Notes under the pieces: generated by a model
The model's input: the letters and a program-made list of their open reading frames with translations, nothing else
The model's database searches: none
Told to the model about the DNA's origin: nothing
In this document: piece after piece, positions 37,219 through 47,163 of the stretch
How positions within the stretch are numbered: the stretch's first letter is position 1
Layout of the letters: every line of letters begins with the position of its first letter
Position numbers and translations under genes: made by a program
DNA from: Patescibacteria group bacterium
GTDB lineage: Bacteria > Patescibacteriota > Patescibacteriia > PEXW01
NCBI GenBank assembly: GCA_038065235.1
Contig: JBBTRK010000004.1
Location: forward strand, 1 to 48,297
Reading direction: 5' to 3'
DNA: 48,297 bases

Positions 37219-38568
37219 ATGGCAACTGTTAATGTCCTGATCCGTGAAGCACGGGATGGCGACTTCGAATGGGTTTCTAATCTCATGCAAAACGCTCTTG
37301 AGCCGTACTATGGTGGTGATCATCGTGCCCATGCGAAACGCATCTTTGATGCTCATATCGCGGGCGGTCACGATCATGTAGGATTTTTCTCTTTCGAGCA
37401 ACGCATGTTCGTCGTAGAGGTTGATGGTGTCCGCGCGGGGATAATTCATTTGGTAGGTAAACGGCAGTCAACATACAAAATCAGCCCCCTCATCGTATCA
37501 CCGGAATTCCAAGGCCACCTAGGACTCGGAAGTCGCCTGCTTGAGTATGCCGAGGCGTATGTGCGTAGCCATCAAGCTCGTCAGATCTACTGTACCGTAG
37601 CAGAGCAAAACATCGCAGCGATGCAATTCTTTCTTCGTAAGGGATTTATCAGAGCTGGAAGATCCGACAGTCACTACAAGAGTGGCGTGACAGAAACCAT
37701 GCTCTACAATCCTATGTACGGAGCAAACAAGTTGATATCGCTAGATCAGCTCCATGTTTCAGTACTGCCTTTTGATGAGGCAAACGCGGAGTTGAAAGAA
37801 CAAGTGGGCCAGCTGCTGCTTGATAAATTGCCAGAATCATTCGAAGGAATTACCGACGAATGGGTTACGGCTTTTTTCGAAGGCTACGGTCGGCGACATA
37901 CCGCCGACATTAACGCCAAGTACAAGCTGATCTATGTCGCACTCGACAGTACTAAAAGGGTAATTGGCGTGGCCGGTGCAACACCAAAGAAAGGGAGTCC
38001 AATTAAGGTAATGCCTTTCATCGCGACGAATACAGTCGCATTTGAGGCATTACTCATAGACATTCCCCACCAGTTAGTGCCATACGGCCACAAGCTCTAT
38101 ATTCATATCAATCCGACGTCTGACGAGGTAATTTCTTTGCAACGGCTTGGGTGGAAATTGGACGCAGCCATGCCATCCGCGTATCTTCCAGGCGTTGTCA
38201 CACAGCAATGGAGCCTAGACATAGGAGAAACAACCATGAGAACCATGAGAGTCAAAAAAAGATTCTTCGACCTGATTCATTCGGGCAAGAAGACCCTTGA
38301 AGTTCGTGTCGGTTACGACTCGATCAATCGCATACAAGCAGGTGAACACATATGCTTAGCCACTCACACCGGAAGTTTTAATGTGAGAGTCAATGCGATT
38401 AGGCGATACCTAACCTTTGAAGAAATGCTCAAGAAGGAGCCATACGAACGTATTGCTCCCGACGCGAGATCTCACACAGAGGTGCTTTCTTTGTTTAAGC
38501 AGATTTATTCTGCGGACAAGGAAGAGCTTGGGGTCGTCGTACTCGAGCTCGTGCGTATCGGTAAGTAG
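37219..38568 (+). CDS. GNAT acetyltransferase fused to a C-terminal ASCH domain
   Basis: VSPEFQGHLGLGSRLL...FFLRKGF acetyl-CoA motif; C-terminal FDLIHSGKKTLEVR ASCH motif; SD AAGGAGG. Confidence 0.88.
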   Translation: MATVNVLIREARDGDFEWVSNLMQNALEPYYGGDHRAHAKRIFDAHIAGGHDHVGFFSFEQRMFVVEVDGVRAGIIHLVGKRQSTYKISPLIVSPEFQGHLGLGSRLLEYAEAYVRSHQARQIYCTVAEQNIAAMQFFLRKGFIRAGRSDSHYKSGVTETMLYNPMYGANKLISLDQLHVSVLPFDEANAELKEQVGQLLLDKLPESFEGITDEWVTAFFEGYGRRHTADINAKYKLIYVALDSTKRVIGVAGATPKKGSPIKVMPFIATNTVAFEALLIDIPHQLVPYGHKLYIHINPTSDEVISLQRLGWKLDAAMPSAYLPGVVTQQWSLDIGETTMRTMRVKKRFFDLIHSGKKTLEVRVGYDSINRIQAGEHICLATHTGSFNVRVNAIRRYLTFEEMLKKEPYERIAPDARSHTEVLSLFKQIYSADKEELGVVVLELVRIGK

Positions 38569-38586
38569 CCAGCGATAAACCGTAAT

Positions 38587-38620
38587 AGCCCAGATAGCAA
38601 CTGCTGTCTGGGCTTCTTTT
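38587..38620. terminator. Terminator between the convergent ASCH genes
   Basis: agcccagatagc-aact-gctgtctgggct followed by tctttt. Confidence 0.75.
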
Positions 38621-38960
38621 ATTTCTCTAACTCCAATTTTATACCAATAACACCATACTGTTGTTCTTCCTCAATAGGGTAAAATTTACGGACTTCTTCA
38701 ATTAAAGATTTTTTAGAAGAGCCGCCAAAATATTCTGGGGGAAAATCAGAAAATAAATCATTGAACGACTGATAACGATAAAGCGCTTTAGTTCTTGTTA
38801 TAATTGATTCTGCCTGATTATCATTGCATATAAATTTAATACGGTCGCCAATATTTATTTGTTGACGTTTTTCGTCATAGAGTCTTGATTCTATAAATTT
38901 TTGTTCATTTTTTATTTTTTCAAACGGTACTTTGGTTAATTTCATTTGATGAGTAATCAT
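38619..38960 (-). CDS. ASCH domain protein
   Basis: HQMKL..VPFEKIKNEQKFIESRLYDEKRQQINIGDRIKF. Confidence 0.9.
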   Translation of the reverse strand: MITHQMKLTKVPFEKIKNEQKFIESRLYDEKRQQINIGDRIKFICNDNQAESIITRTKALYRYQSFNDLFSDFPPEYFGGSSKKSLIEEVRKFYPIEEEQQYGVIGIKLELEK

Positions 38961-38974
38961 AAAATGATTAGTTG

Positions 38975-39064
38975 TTATTTAAATAATTCTTCAATAGATA
39001 CGCTGAGAGCATTCGCAAGGGCGAAATTTTTCTTGCCTTTCACAATATTGTTAATGTAACCCAT
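38975..39064 (-). pseudogene. Remnant of an XRE/Cro helix-turn-helix gene
   Basis: My translation MGYINNIVKGKKNFALANALSVSIEELFK* resembles the C-terminal half of HTH_3 with an internal deletion. Confidence 0.55.
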
Positions 39065-39177
39065 ATTCCTTCTTTGGGGTTAATACCCCGTCAGCTTGCT
39101 GCGGCGGTGCCACTGCAGCTTGCAGTCGATAGCTATCCAGCTTTGCTGCGAGATAGTTCATTAAACCGCATCTTTGC

Positions 39178-39510
39178 TTAAGTAACCCTACTAATCTTTT
39201 TGGTGACTGCACCAACAAATAAACGGAAAGCAGGTCGCTTTTCTTTTTCGTAGAGGTAGGGAATGCCGATAAGTCTTTGGCAGCTCTTACAAGCTAACTG
39301 AGGAAGCTTTTTAAGCGGGATTTTGAAAAAGCCTGCTAAATATTGAGGGGAAAGTATTCTATCAATATACATGCGCTTTAGAGGGCCAGGACCGTCTTTT
39401 TGGTAGAGCGCCAAAAAATGACCGCACTTTTCGCAACGAATTTCCAAAACCCTTGCATGACCACCGCGTGCTTTCCTGAATTTATCTCGTTTTAAATTTA
39501 ATGATTTCAT
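39178..39510 (-). CDS. Zinc-ribbon hypothetical protein
   Basis: CEKC...YQKDGPGPLKRMYIDRI...CKSC. Confidence 0.75.
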   Translation of the reverse strand: MKSLNLKRDKFRKARGGHARVLEIRCEKCGHFLALYQKDGPGPLKRMYIDRILSPQYLAGFFKIPLKKLPQLACKSCQRLIGIPYLYEKEKRPAFRLFVGAVTKKISRVT

Positions 39511-39882
39511 AATATGCCTATTCTACCAGTGAAAGGTGCTTTGGAAAAGAAAGCTCATAATTCGGGTGGTATTGTCCAGCCTTTGACCTACGGCCAGGTT
39601 TTTGCTACACTTCTCATACATTCAAAAGTCAGCAAACGCACATCGCACGTTCTCGGAGGGACGATCGTATGGGCATTTCAGAACCCTACCGATCTTGACA
39701 CCGCCGCTCTTTCGTTTTGCAATCACGTTCTTTTATCCACACCAGACCGGCAACGGTCATCCCCAAAAAGCCTACAAATTCTAGAGGGCTAGTAGTAATC
39801 AGAAATCATTCATGAAAATCGATCCCACCTAGTGGGATATCCGGTTTTTGTAAGGATTTTTGCAGACTACTAGCCTTTTTCT

Positions 39883-41190
39883 ATGCTTATGAAACGTTTC
39901 CTCTCCGCCAGTCTTGCCCTAGCATCAATCCTGTTCTGGGTAGCAAACCCAGCCGTTCTCGCTGTCAGCCCGGTCATCAAGGCAATTACCCTAAGCCCCG
40001 GGGTAGCCACGGTCCAAGCTGGTCAAACCCAGGTCTTCACCCTCAAAGCAACCCTCGACGACGGTACAACAGCTGAGGTGAGTGACCAGGCAGTCTGGAC
40101 GCTCCCGGGTGGTGGCTTTACCGGTATTCCTGGCCAACATGGGCTATTCACGGCCGTCAGTCAGGGCTCCTGGACCCTCACGACCACAATCGCGGGCTTA
40201 AGCGCCACAGCTGCCATAACGGTCACCCATGGCACCCCAACGAGCCTCAATGTCCTCCCAACGTCTGCTGCATTGACTGCCGACGGCAGCCTGCCCTTAC
40301 GTATCTACGGGGTAGACGGACAGGGTAATGGCTTTGACCTAAGCCAAGCAGTAACGCTCTCCACTACCGACCCGAAAGGCATCGTAACTGCAGACGGATA
40401 TACGCCCTCGGTTGCTGGCACCTGGATGGTAACTGCTACCCTCGGCGCGCTCTCAGACAGCGTGCCCGTGACAATTACCCCGGGCATGCTTAAGAAGCTC
40501 ACAGTTACGCCGAATGAGCTAACGACAGACCCAGGCGATACCACAGAACTCACTGTGAGCGGAACCGACGCCAAGGGGAACGTTATCACGCCCAAAGCAA
40601 CGGTTCGGGTGTCAAACCCTGACGTCGCCACGGTTAACGAGAACGGGAAAATCCTCGCCAAGAGCACGGGCCAGACCAACATCATTGTCGAAGCCGAGGG
40701 GGTCACCACGGCTGTACCATTCATTGTGCAAGGTGAGGCAGCAACAACCCAGACCGATGATGTCGTGGCTGTTGCAAAACCAACGACCGTTGCCCGGACA
40801 CCACAGGTCGCCGCAGAAGAAATTGACCGCACGCCTGAAACCGAGAGTCAACCCGAGGTCTTGCTCTCAACTGAAACAAAGACAACAGAAGCTTGCAAGA
40901 ATCTGGCTCATCCCTGGGCCATCATTCTCCTCATTTTGCACGTCATTCTCCTCAGCATATTCTTCAGCCTCCTGCAGCGAGTGAAGCGCTTCCCCTGGTG
41001 GTGGGCACCGCCAGTAGCGCTCACTGCAGCAATGCTCGGCGTATACGTTGGCACGTTCTGCAAAGAAACCTACCTGTGGTGGCCGTGGAGTATTATCGGC
41101 ATCACCGTCATATTCCTCAGCGTCTACTACCAGAACCTGGAACCACCCCCGCACAGTCCACCCGAACAACAGCCACCACCAAAAATGTAA
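39883..41190 (+). CDS. Exported Ig-like (Big_2-type) repeat protein with 3 C-terminal TMs
   Basis: Signal peptide, Thr/Val/Gly-rich beta repeats, VSNPDVATVNENG. Confidence 0.8.
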   Translation: MLMKRFLSASLALASILFWVANPAVLAVSPVIKAITLSPGVATVQAGQTQVFTLKATLDDGTTAEVSDQAVWTLPGGGFTGIPGQHGLFTAVSQGSWTLTTTIAGLSATAAITVTHGTPTSLNVLPTSAALTADGSLPLRIYGVDGQGNGFDLSQAVTLSTTDPKGIVTADGYTPSVAGTWMVTATLGALSDSVPVTITPGMLKKLTVTPNELTTDPGDTTELTVSGTDAKGNVITPKATVRVSNPDVATVNENGKILAKSTGQTNIIVEAEGVTTAVPFIVQGEAATTQTDDVVAVAKPTTVARTPQVAAEEIDRTPETESQPEVLLSTETKTTEACKNLAHPWAIILLILHVILLSIFFSLLQRVKRFPWWWAPPVALTAAMLGVYVGTFCKETYLWWPWSIIGITVIFLSVYYQNLEPPPHSPPEQQPPPKM

Positions 41191-41192
41191 AC

Positions 41193-41225
41193 GAAAAAAC
41201 CCTCGCTCCTAGGCGAGGGTTTTTC
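41193..41225 (+). terminator. Intrinsic terminator
   Basis: gaaaaaaccctcgc-tcctag-gcgagggttttttc. Confidence 0.85.
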
Positions 41226-41281
41226 TTCGCGTCAAATGCGCGACGCCGAGAATAAAAGCGTGTATACTGTTCATACTAAAT

Positions 41282-41716
41282 ATGCTGCAAGGATATAGCT
41301 TGGTCATCATACCAATAGTCACCGCAATAGGCACGCAAGTGTTGAAGCTTGGGTTTGACCACATTAAAGGCAACCTCGACCTCAAGCACATGTGGGATTC
41401 TTATGGTGGCATGCCGAGTTCTCATGGTGCCTTCGTCGCGTGCTTAGCCACGATGGTGGGCTTTGCGGCCGGCTGGAGTTCCGCAGCCTTCGCCGTTGCC
41501 CTCGTCTTCGCCATCATCACCATCCGCGATGCTATTGGCTTCCGCCGGGAGATTGGCGTGCATGGCAAAATCCTCAACCGCCTAGTCAAAGAACATCCCG
41601 CAACCCAATCGAAAACCTACCCCATCCTCGCCGAGCGGTGGGGCCACACGCCCGCAGAAATTGCCGTTGGCAGTGCCATCGGCGTGTTCGTCGGTGTCAT
41701 TGCTCAGCTGTTCTAA
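41282..41716 (+). CDS. DUF212 divergent PAP2 family membrane protein
   Basis: GGMPSSH, DAIGFRREIG.H, GHTPAEI. Confidence 0.92.
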   Translation: MLQGYSLVIIPIVTAIGTQVLKLGFDHIKGNLDLKHMWDSYGGMPSSHGAFVACLATMVGFAAGWSSAAFAVALVFAIITIRDAIGFRREIGVHGKILNRLVKEHPATQSKTYPILAERWGHTPAEIAVGSAIGVFVGVIAQLF

Positions 41717-41721
41717 AGCAT

Positions 41722-42945
41722 TCAAATACCGAGCTCGTCATCCACGTCAACGGTTTTTCGAAACCCAATACGCTCAGGCGCATGATAGTCGTCCAGCCGC
41801 ATGAGTTCGCCCTCCACAATCGTCTCCTCGCCGTACCGGTTGTTGATACGGTCAATCGCCCGGGCCAGGGCAGCGGGTTTGCGCTTCTCCAGCAGGGAGA
41901 GCTGGCCAGACACTGGTCGCAACCGAAAAACTCCCAACGCATAGAACGACGGTGTGCCTTGCCGCAAGCCGTTACCCAGCATAGCCCACACCTGCTGGAA
42001 AAGCTGCCGCGTAGTGTGGATGGGGTAGTAGACTTTCTTACTCCCGCCGAGGCCGCCAGCAGGTACTAGGCTGACGTGCGCGTACACGCCCTGTGCTTCC
42101 AAACCCAGGTCGCGCAAGCGTCGGCCAGCACGCTCGCACAGCCGCATGACTAAGGCCTTGTGGAACCGCGGGTCACGGGTGCGGACGCGCAGCACGTGGC
42201 TGTGGCCAATGGACTTCGGCTGGCGCGGCTGGGCCAGGCCGCCGAGCTCCACGGCGTTCACGTTGGCCCACAACTCGTAGCCGCGGATACCGAAGCTCGC
42301 CATGAGGTTTACCGGCGAGGCGGCTTGCAGCTCGTCCAAAGTGGTAATCCCAAGCCGATTGAGGTGTGCGGCTGTTGCGCCGGCAATCCCCCACGCCTCC
42401 TGCAAATCGCGGCCTTTGAGGTACGCCACAATGTTTTCACGGTGCAGGATGACCAGGCCACCTTTGGACGCCGTATCCCCACCGAACTTAGCTAACCAGC
42501 GCGTCGATGCTAAGCCCATAGAGCAGGTGAGCCACTCACCGATTTCGTCCTTTATGCGCTGCTTTATCTCGTAGCCGAGCTGCGCTCCGGCTTCTAGTGA
42601 CGGTACTAGACCAGTTAGGTCGAGGAATGCTTCATCAATGGAGTACGGCTCGATCGTCTCGCTATACTGCGTGAGAATGCTAAAGATGCGCTTGGTGGTG
42701 CTGCGGTACTTCGGCGGGTCTACTTCCACAAAGGTAATGTCTGGGCATAGCTGCCGTGCCTCGTCAGCCCGAATGCCAGTCTTCACCCCAAACGCCTTCG
42801 CCTCCTTGGACGAGGCGAGCGCGCAACCTTGGCTAGTCATGGTCGCCAGCACGGCCAGGGGTTTGCCACGCAAGAATGGATTCGCCTGTTGCTCCACGGA
42901 CGCAAAATACGAGTTCATGTCTAAATGGAGAATGACTCTTTGCAT
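41722..42945 (-). CDS. dinB: DNA polymerase IV (Y family)
   Basis: ILHLDMNSYFASVEQ, YSIDEAFLD, PKSIGH; start ATG 42945. Confidence 0.95.
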   Translation of the reverse strand: MQRVILHLDMNSYFASVEQQANPFLRGKPLAVLATMTSQGCALASSKEAKAFGVKTGIRADEARQLCPDITFVEVDPPKYRSTTKRIFSILTQYSETIEPYSIDEAFLDLTGLVPSLEAGAQLGYEIKQRIKDEIGEWLTCSMGLASTRWLAKFGGDTASKGGLVILHRENIVAYLKGRDLQEAWGIAGATAAHLNRLGITTLDELQAASPVNLMASFGIRGYELWANVNAVELGGLAQPRQPKSIGHSHVLRVRTRDPRFHKALVMRLCERAGRRLRDLGLEAQGVYAHVSLVPAGGLGGSKKVYYPIHTTRQLFQQVWAMLGNGLRQGTPSFYALGVFRLRPVSGQLSLLEKRKPAALARAIDRINNRYGEETIVEGELMRLDDYHAPERIGFRKTVDVDDELGI

Positions 42946-42953
42946 AGCATCAA

Positions 42954-43238
42954 TTACTGCCCCTGCACCTCTTCCAGTATCCACTCCAACGTCTCTGGGC
43001 TATACGAGAGCACATAGGTATTTGCCGCATCAGAGACGGCGAAGCACCAGTCGTAGCCTTTGCCTTGCCCCGCACCGGCCCCTGGTGCGTGGGCGCGCCG
43101 GCGCTGGTAGACCAAATTCACGCTGTGGATATCGTAGCGCTTGCCCGCCCACTCGAAAGCCTTCGGCGTCACCTTAGGGCCGTTGAAGTCAACGAAGACG
43201 CGAACCTTCTCGTGCGGTTGTTCGTGAAAAACCAGCAT
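42954..43238 (-). CDS. Small dinB-associated protein (DUF6504-like)
   Basis: PKAFEWAGKRYDI..V...W.FAV......Y.L.Y.....W.L pattern; directly upstream of dinB. Confidence 0.65.
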   Translation of the reverse strand: MLVFHEQPHEKVRVFVDFNGPKVTPKAFEWAGKRYDIHSVNLVYQRRRAHAPGAGAGQGKGYDWCFAVSDAANTYVLSYSPETLEWILEEVQGQ

Positions 43239-43303
43239 AATGCTGGTTCGTAGTATACCCGAAGAAAAGCCGAAATGCAAGGGTACTTGACTGAGAAATG
43301 AAA

Positions 43304-43334
43304 AAAGACCACGGATGTGATTCCTGTGGTCTTT
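43304..43334 (-). terminator. Intrinsic terminator
   Basis: aaagaccacgga-tgtgat-tcctgtggtcttt, with a U-tract on the minus strand. Confidence 0.7.
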
Positions 43335-43379
43335 GAAATACTCTAGCGAGTAAGAGCTTACAAGTCGTTAAGGCTACAA

Positions 43380-43670
43380 CTAGGAGCTTGCCATTTGCTC
43401 CATCATCTTTTTCTGCATAGCAATTTTCATAATGATACCAACGACATCGAGTACAATAGCGATCACCCAGTAGATGCCAATGAGGATACTATTTGTATCC
43501 CAATACATAGGCGTTAGAATGCTAGCGAGGAACATTCTAGGAACGAACATGAAGCTCAGGATGGGAGGAATTGACAAACTCGGGATGAGCCCAAAGTAAA
43601 TCAAGAGCACCCTGGGCCAAAGAATGAGGCCAATTAAAAACATTATTCCGTGCTCACTCCAGAAATCCAT
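43380..43670 (-). CDS. Small membrane protein
   Basis: Hydrophobic 96-aa ORF with SD AAGGAG; AT-richer than its flanks. Confidence 0.7.
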   Translation of the reverse strand: MDFWSEHGIMFLIGLILWPRVLLIYFGLIPSLSIPPILSFMFVPRMFLASILTPMYWDTNSILIGIYWVIAIVLDVVGIIMKIAMQKKMMEQMASS

Positions 43671-43848
43671 TTGATTCTCCTTCCTGCAATGTATTTTTAA
43701 CGAACTAATTTGATTGTGGAGAGCTTATTTCATTCACAAATTATTGTCAAATCAATTGAGTCAACTAATAACGAGACTAACAAAGTCTGAGCCTACGCCA
43801 TAGAATAAACGAAATACCTCAACAGAGTGACACGGATTAACCCCCCCC

Positions 43849-44763
43849 CTATTTCTGGCAGCTCGGGCAAAAGTGTGTGCTCCGCCCGCCAAGGGTTATC
43901 CTTCGAATTGGCGTCCCACAGACGACGCAGGGCTTACCCTTGCGGTCGTAAACTTTGTGGTACTTCCCAAACGTCCCAATTTGCCCATCTGGCCGAATAA
44001 AATCCCCTACCGAGGAACCATGTGTTTTAATTGCGTGGCGCAAGACGCGTTGGAGCGACCGATAAAGCCGCTGCCAGTCTGCCGGATTGAGGGAACTCAC
44101 CACCCGCATCGGTCGGAGCTTGGCGGCGAAAAGGGTTTCGTCAGCGTATATGTTTCCCACTCCAGCCAACAACGTTTGGTCAGTGAGTACTGGTTTCAAT
44201 TCCATATTGGGACGTCGTTGAAGTGCAATCTGCAAGTCCTGCCACGTGAACGTTCGGCCGAGTGGCTCTGGCCCATAGCCTTGTAGGTCTGCTATATGAA
44301 CAATATCTCGGGTGTGAACGGCACGCCACGTGCCAAATACGCGCGTGTCATTGTAATACAAAATTGTGCCGTCCGTGAAACTAAGCACAATATGAGTATG
44401 CTTACTAGGAATTTCTTCTAGTGGAGCAGCCGGGCTGTTGTATAACCTAATTAGTAATCGGCGTTGCGATTTTCGTTTGACAATAATTTGCCCAGACATT
44501 TTCAAATGCACCAAAAGCCACCAACCACCATCAAGTTTAAAAACAATCAACTTAGCCCGGCGGGTAATCCCAAGGATAGTCCGGCCAACAAGCGCACGTT
44601 GAAACGCCCGCACGTGGCGAGCAGTGTGCACTCGTTTCGGGCTTAAAGTCTTTGGCCCAACCGAAACGAGTTTTGGCTTCAAAATGGTAACTGATCGAAC
44701 TCGCTTCCCGCGGAGAAATTGTAGCCCTCGAACAACGGTTTCAACTTCAGGGAGTTCGGGCAT
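43849..44763 (-). CDS. mutM: Formamidopyrimidine-DNA glycosylase
   Basis: MPELPEVET, HLKMSG, GVGNIYADE, C-terminal CxxC...CxxCQ zinc finger. Confidence 0.97.
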   Translation of the reverse strand: MPELPEVETVVRGLQFLRGKRVRSVTILKPKLVSVGPKTLSPKRVHTARHVRAFQRALVGRTILGITRRAKLIVFKLDGGWWLLVHLKMSGQIIVKRKSQRRLLIRLYNSPAAPLEEIPSKHTHIVLSFTDGTILYYNDTRVFGTWRAVHTRDIVHIADLQGYGPEPLGRTFTWQDLQIALQRRPNMELKPVLTDQTLLAGVGNIYADETLFAAKLRPMRVVSSLNPADWQRLYRSLQRVLRHAIKTHGSSVGDFIRPDGQIGTFGKYHKVYDRKGKPCVVCGTPIRRITLGGRSTHFCPSCQK

Positions 44764-44765
44764 GT

Positions 44766-45209
44766 TTAGCCTATAAACTTCTTAAACACATTTTTAAACA
44801 CATCTGAGCGTGTTGCAATGCCTAGGAGTCTGCCACTCTCAAGGACGACAATGCGATGCACCCGGTGTGCCAACATCATTGCACCAGCTTGCATAATTGG
44901 CGTATCTGGCGGCGCAGAAACGACTGCGCGAGTCATAATATCTTTTACGCTCTTTGCCGCAATGAGCTTTGCATTCCCTTCCAGCTCAGCTTCCTCCATC
45001 CACAGCTCGGGATTATTATAAAACTCGGTTATGCTGGGGTAAAGCGCCCGAAAAATATCTTTCTCCGAAACCAGCCCAACCACCTTACCTTTCTCTACTA
45101 CCGGTGCGCCTTTCACCCCATGTTTAATGAAAAAACGAATAGCTTCTTCAACACTCTGCGTGGGTTGCAAAGCGTAGACGCTGTGGGTCATGACATCGCG
45201 GAGTCGCAT
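44766..45209 (-). CDS. CBS-domain pair protein
   Basis: Two CBS repeats (RDVMT...APVV..GLVSEKD; KDIMT...GIATRSD). Confidence 0.92.
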   Translation of the reverse strand: MRLRDVMTHSVYALQPTQSVEEAIRFFIKHGVKGAPVVEKGKVVGLVSEKDIFRALYPSITEFYNNPELWMEEAELEGNAKLIAAKSVKDIMTRAVVSAPPDTPIMQAGAMMLAHRVHRIVVLESGRLLGIATRSDVFKNVFKKFIG

Positions 45210-45218
45210 AGGTATACG

Positions 45219-46214
45219 TTATGACGCAGGCACAAAGGAACGCGCAAGGTCAAGGAAATCTTTACTATTTATTGGACTGTGGCTAATGATGATAATTGTC
45301 GTTTGATCCTGCACCCATTCCAGCACACTGCGACCACGTAATTCTCGGTACTGTGCCTGAACACCATTAATCATCACATTTGCATATGACCCAAGGTCGC
45401 CATTCTGAGAAAGTCCAAGGCTCTGTGCTTGAATGACTTCCAAACCACGAAGGAAATCAATAACTGGTGGGGGCGGGTAGTTATCATCCCCATAGTAGAT
45501 GTGAAACTCACTATTGAGTACGAAATACTTCGGCTCAAAGTACACATACCGTGATGGAATAGTCTTAGGTTCAAAGAGTTTAAATGTAAGCTGCGACTGC
45601 GCTTGGCTGAAAGAGACGATCGTTGCAGGTGGCCGGGTACCATTCTGAATTGCGACGACCAGTGCCGCGGCTGTTGCGAGCATCCCAATACCCAAGAGGA
45701 GTAAGAGGAAACGTTCGCGGTGGTGACGAAGCACGTTGATGAACTCGAATGCACTGCCAATGAATAACCCTGCGAGTGTGCCAATGATAATCCAGAAGAT
45801 GCCAAAATTCAGCCAGTTCACTCCGGTCATGATGTTAATAACCAGGACGACGATGCTCACCCAGAACCCAAAGCTTAGCCACCAGGCAATACGTGCATAC
45901 CCGTAGTACCCAGTCGCCCCGGCCAGGATTGCTACAAGCAAGAGCGTAGGAGCACCAAAGTTAACCAAGTCTTTAACATTCTCAATGAAGTTTGTTGTTG
46001 TATCACCAAACGTCAAGGTCACTACCGGCACGAGCATGAACGCGAGCACGGCAATTAACCCATAGATTGTCAGTACCCAAACCCATCGCTTCTCATGCAT
46101 TGAAGGGTTTTCTTGAAGCATTGCAGGTTCTCGGGTCGCGAGTCCCTGAGCATAGTTCGCCACCCGAGTATTGGGCGAATCATGTTTCGGTTGAAGCAGT
46201 GGGTGAGATATCAT
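45219..46214 (-). CDS. Membrane protein with an extracellular C-terminal domain (DUF4367-like)
   Basis: About 5 TMs then EPKTIP...INGVQAQY...LEW; start ATG 46214. Confidence 0.6.
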   Translation of the reverse strand: MISHPLLQPKHDSPNTRVANYAQGLATREPAMLQENPSMHEKRWVWVLTIYGLIAVLAFMLVPVVTLTFGDTTTNFIENVKDLVNFGAPTLLLVAILAGATGYYGYARIAWWLSFGFWVSIVVLVINIMTGVNWLNFGIFWIIIGTLAGLFIGSAFEFINVLRHHRERFLLLLLGIGMLATAAALVVAIQNGTRPPATIVSFSQAQSQLTFKLFEPKTIPSRYVYFEPKYFVLNSEFHIYYGDDNYPPPPVIDFLRGLEVIQAQSLGLSQNGDLGSYANVMINGVQAQYRELRGRSVLEWVQDQTTIIIISHSPINSKDFLDLARSFVPAS

Positions 46215-46269
46215 GCAATTAAAGTATACCAAAAACGAGCTCACTTGGCTCGTTCGCTAATTGGTAGGT

Positions 46270-46968
46270 CTATGCTCCAAAATTCCGTTTCCGCTGGGCG
46301 TAATCCTCAAGAGCAATGTCGAGATCAGCCTCTGAAAACTCCGGCCATTTCTTCGGCGTGAAGTAGAGCTCTGCGTACGCTGCTCCCCACAACAAAAAAT
46401 TAGATATCCTCTGGACACCCGAGGTACGAACAATAAGGTCTGGATCGGCCACACCATCGGCGTACATAAAACTCTTGAGCGTCTCTTCAGTAACCTGGTC
46501 TGCTCGTAATTTCTTGATTATAAGTTTTTTAACTGCATCCACAATTTCTGTTCGTCCGCCATAATTTATCGCCATGTTCAAGACTGCTTTAGTATTACTT
46601 TTTGTTTTTTCCATCGCCTCATGAATCTCTTTCTGTAAAAAAATAGGAAGTCCTTCTATGCGCCCAAGAACTTGCAGACGGACATTGTTATTATGGAACT
46701 CATGTAATTCTTTCTTTAAAGCCAAAGAGAATAGACGCATCAAATAACTCACTTCTTGCTTAGAGCGGTTCCAATTCTCTGTCGAAAAAGCATAGACGGT
46801 CACCATGTGGATACCACGATCAATGCACCATTGCAAAACGCGCTTCATGTTCGCATATCCTCGACGATGCCCTTCCAAGGTTTGCAGCTTATGCTCCTTC
46901 GCCCACCGGCGATTGCCATCCATAATAAAACCAACGTGATTGGGGATTTTGGGGATATCTGTCAGCAT
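46270..46968 (-). CDS. uppS: Undecaprenyl diphosphate synthase
   Basis: PNHVGFIMDGNRRWA, YAFSTENWNRS, NYGGR, DPDLIVRTSG..RISNFLLW. Confidence 0.97.
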   Translation of the reverse strand: MLTDIPKIPNHVGFIMDGNRRWAKEHKLQTLEGHRRGYANMKRVLQWCIDRGIHMVTVYAFSTENWNRSKQEVSYLMRLFSLALKKELHEFHNNNVRLQVLGRIEGLPIFLQKEIHEAMEKTKSNTKAVLNMAINYGGRTEIVDAVKKLIIKKLRADQVTEETLKSFMYADGVADPDLIVRTSGVQRISNFLLWGAAYAELYFTPKKWPEFSEADLDIALEDYAQRKRNFGA

Positions 46969-47033
46969 AAACACAAGGGTAGCAATGCCTATGCACTGGG
47001 TCAAGGATGCTCCTGCCCTTATATCCCCACGGG

Positions 47034-47087
47034 GTCCCCACGAATGTGGCGCGCAAGCACGAAGTGCTGAGCACGCATTCGTGGGGC
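47034..47087. repeat. REP-like hairpin downstream of tRNA-Pro
   Basis: ccccacgaatg...cattcgtgggg. Confidence 0.6.
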
Positions 47088-47163
47088 TAAGCGAGGCTGC
47101 TCGCTGAGGCCGGAGCGAGAGACGCGAAAGCGGCTCACGCGCAGGTCGACGCGAGCAACGAGC

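Noticed and set aside
39514-39792. Short ORFs in the intergenic gap
   Set aside because: No recognisable motif or initiation signal; cannot be supported
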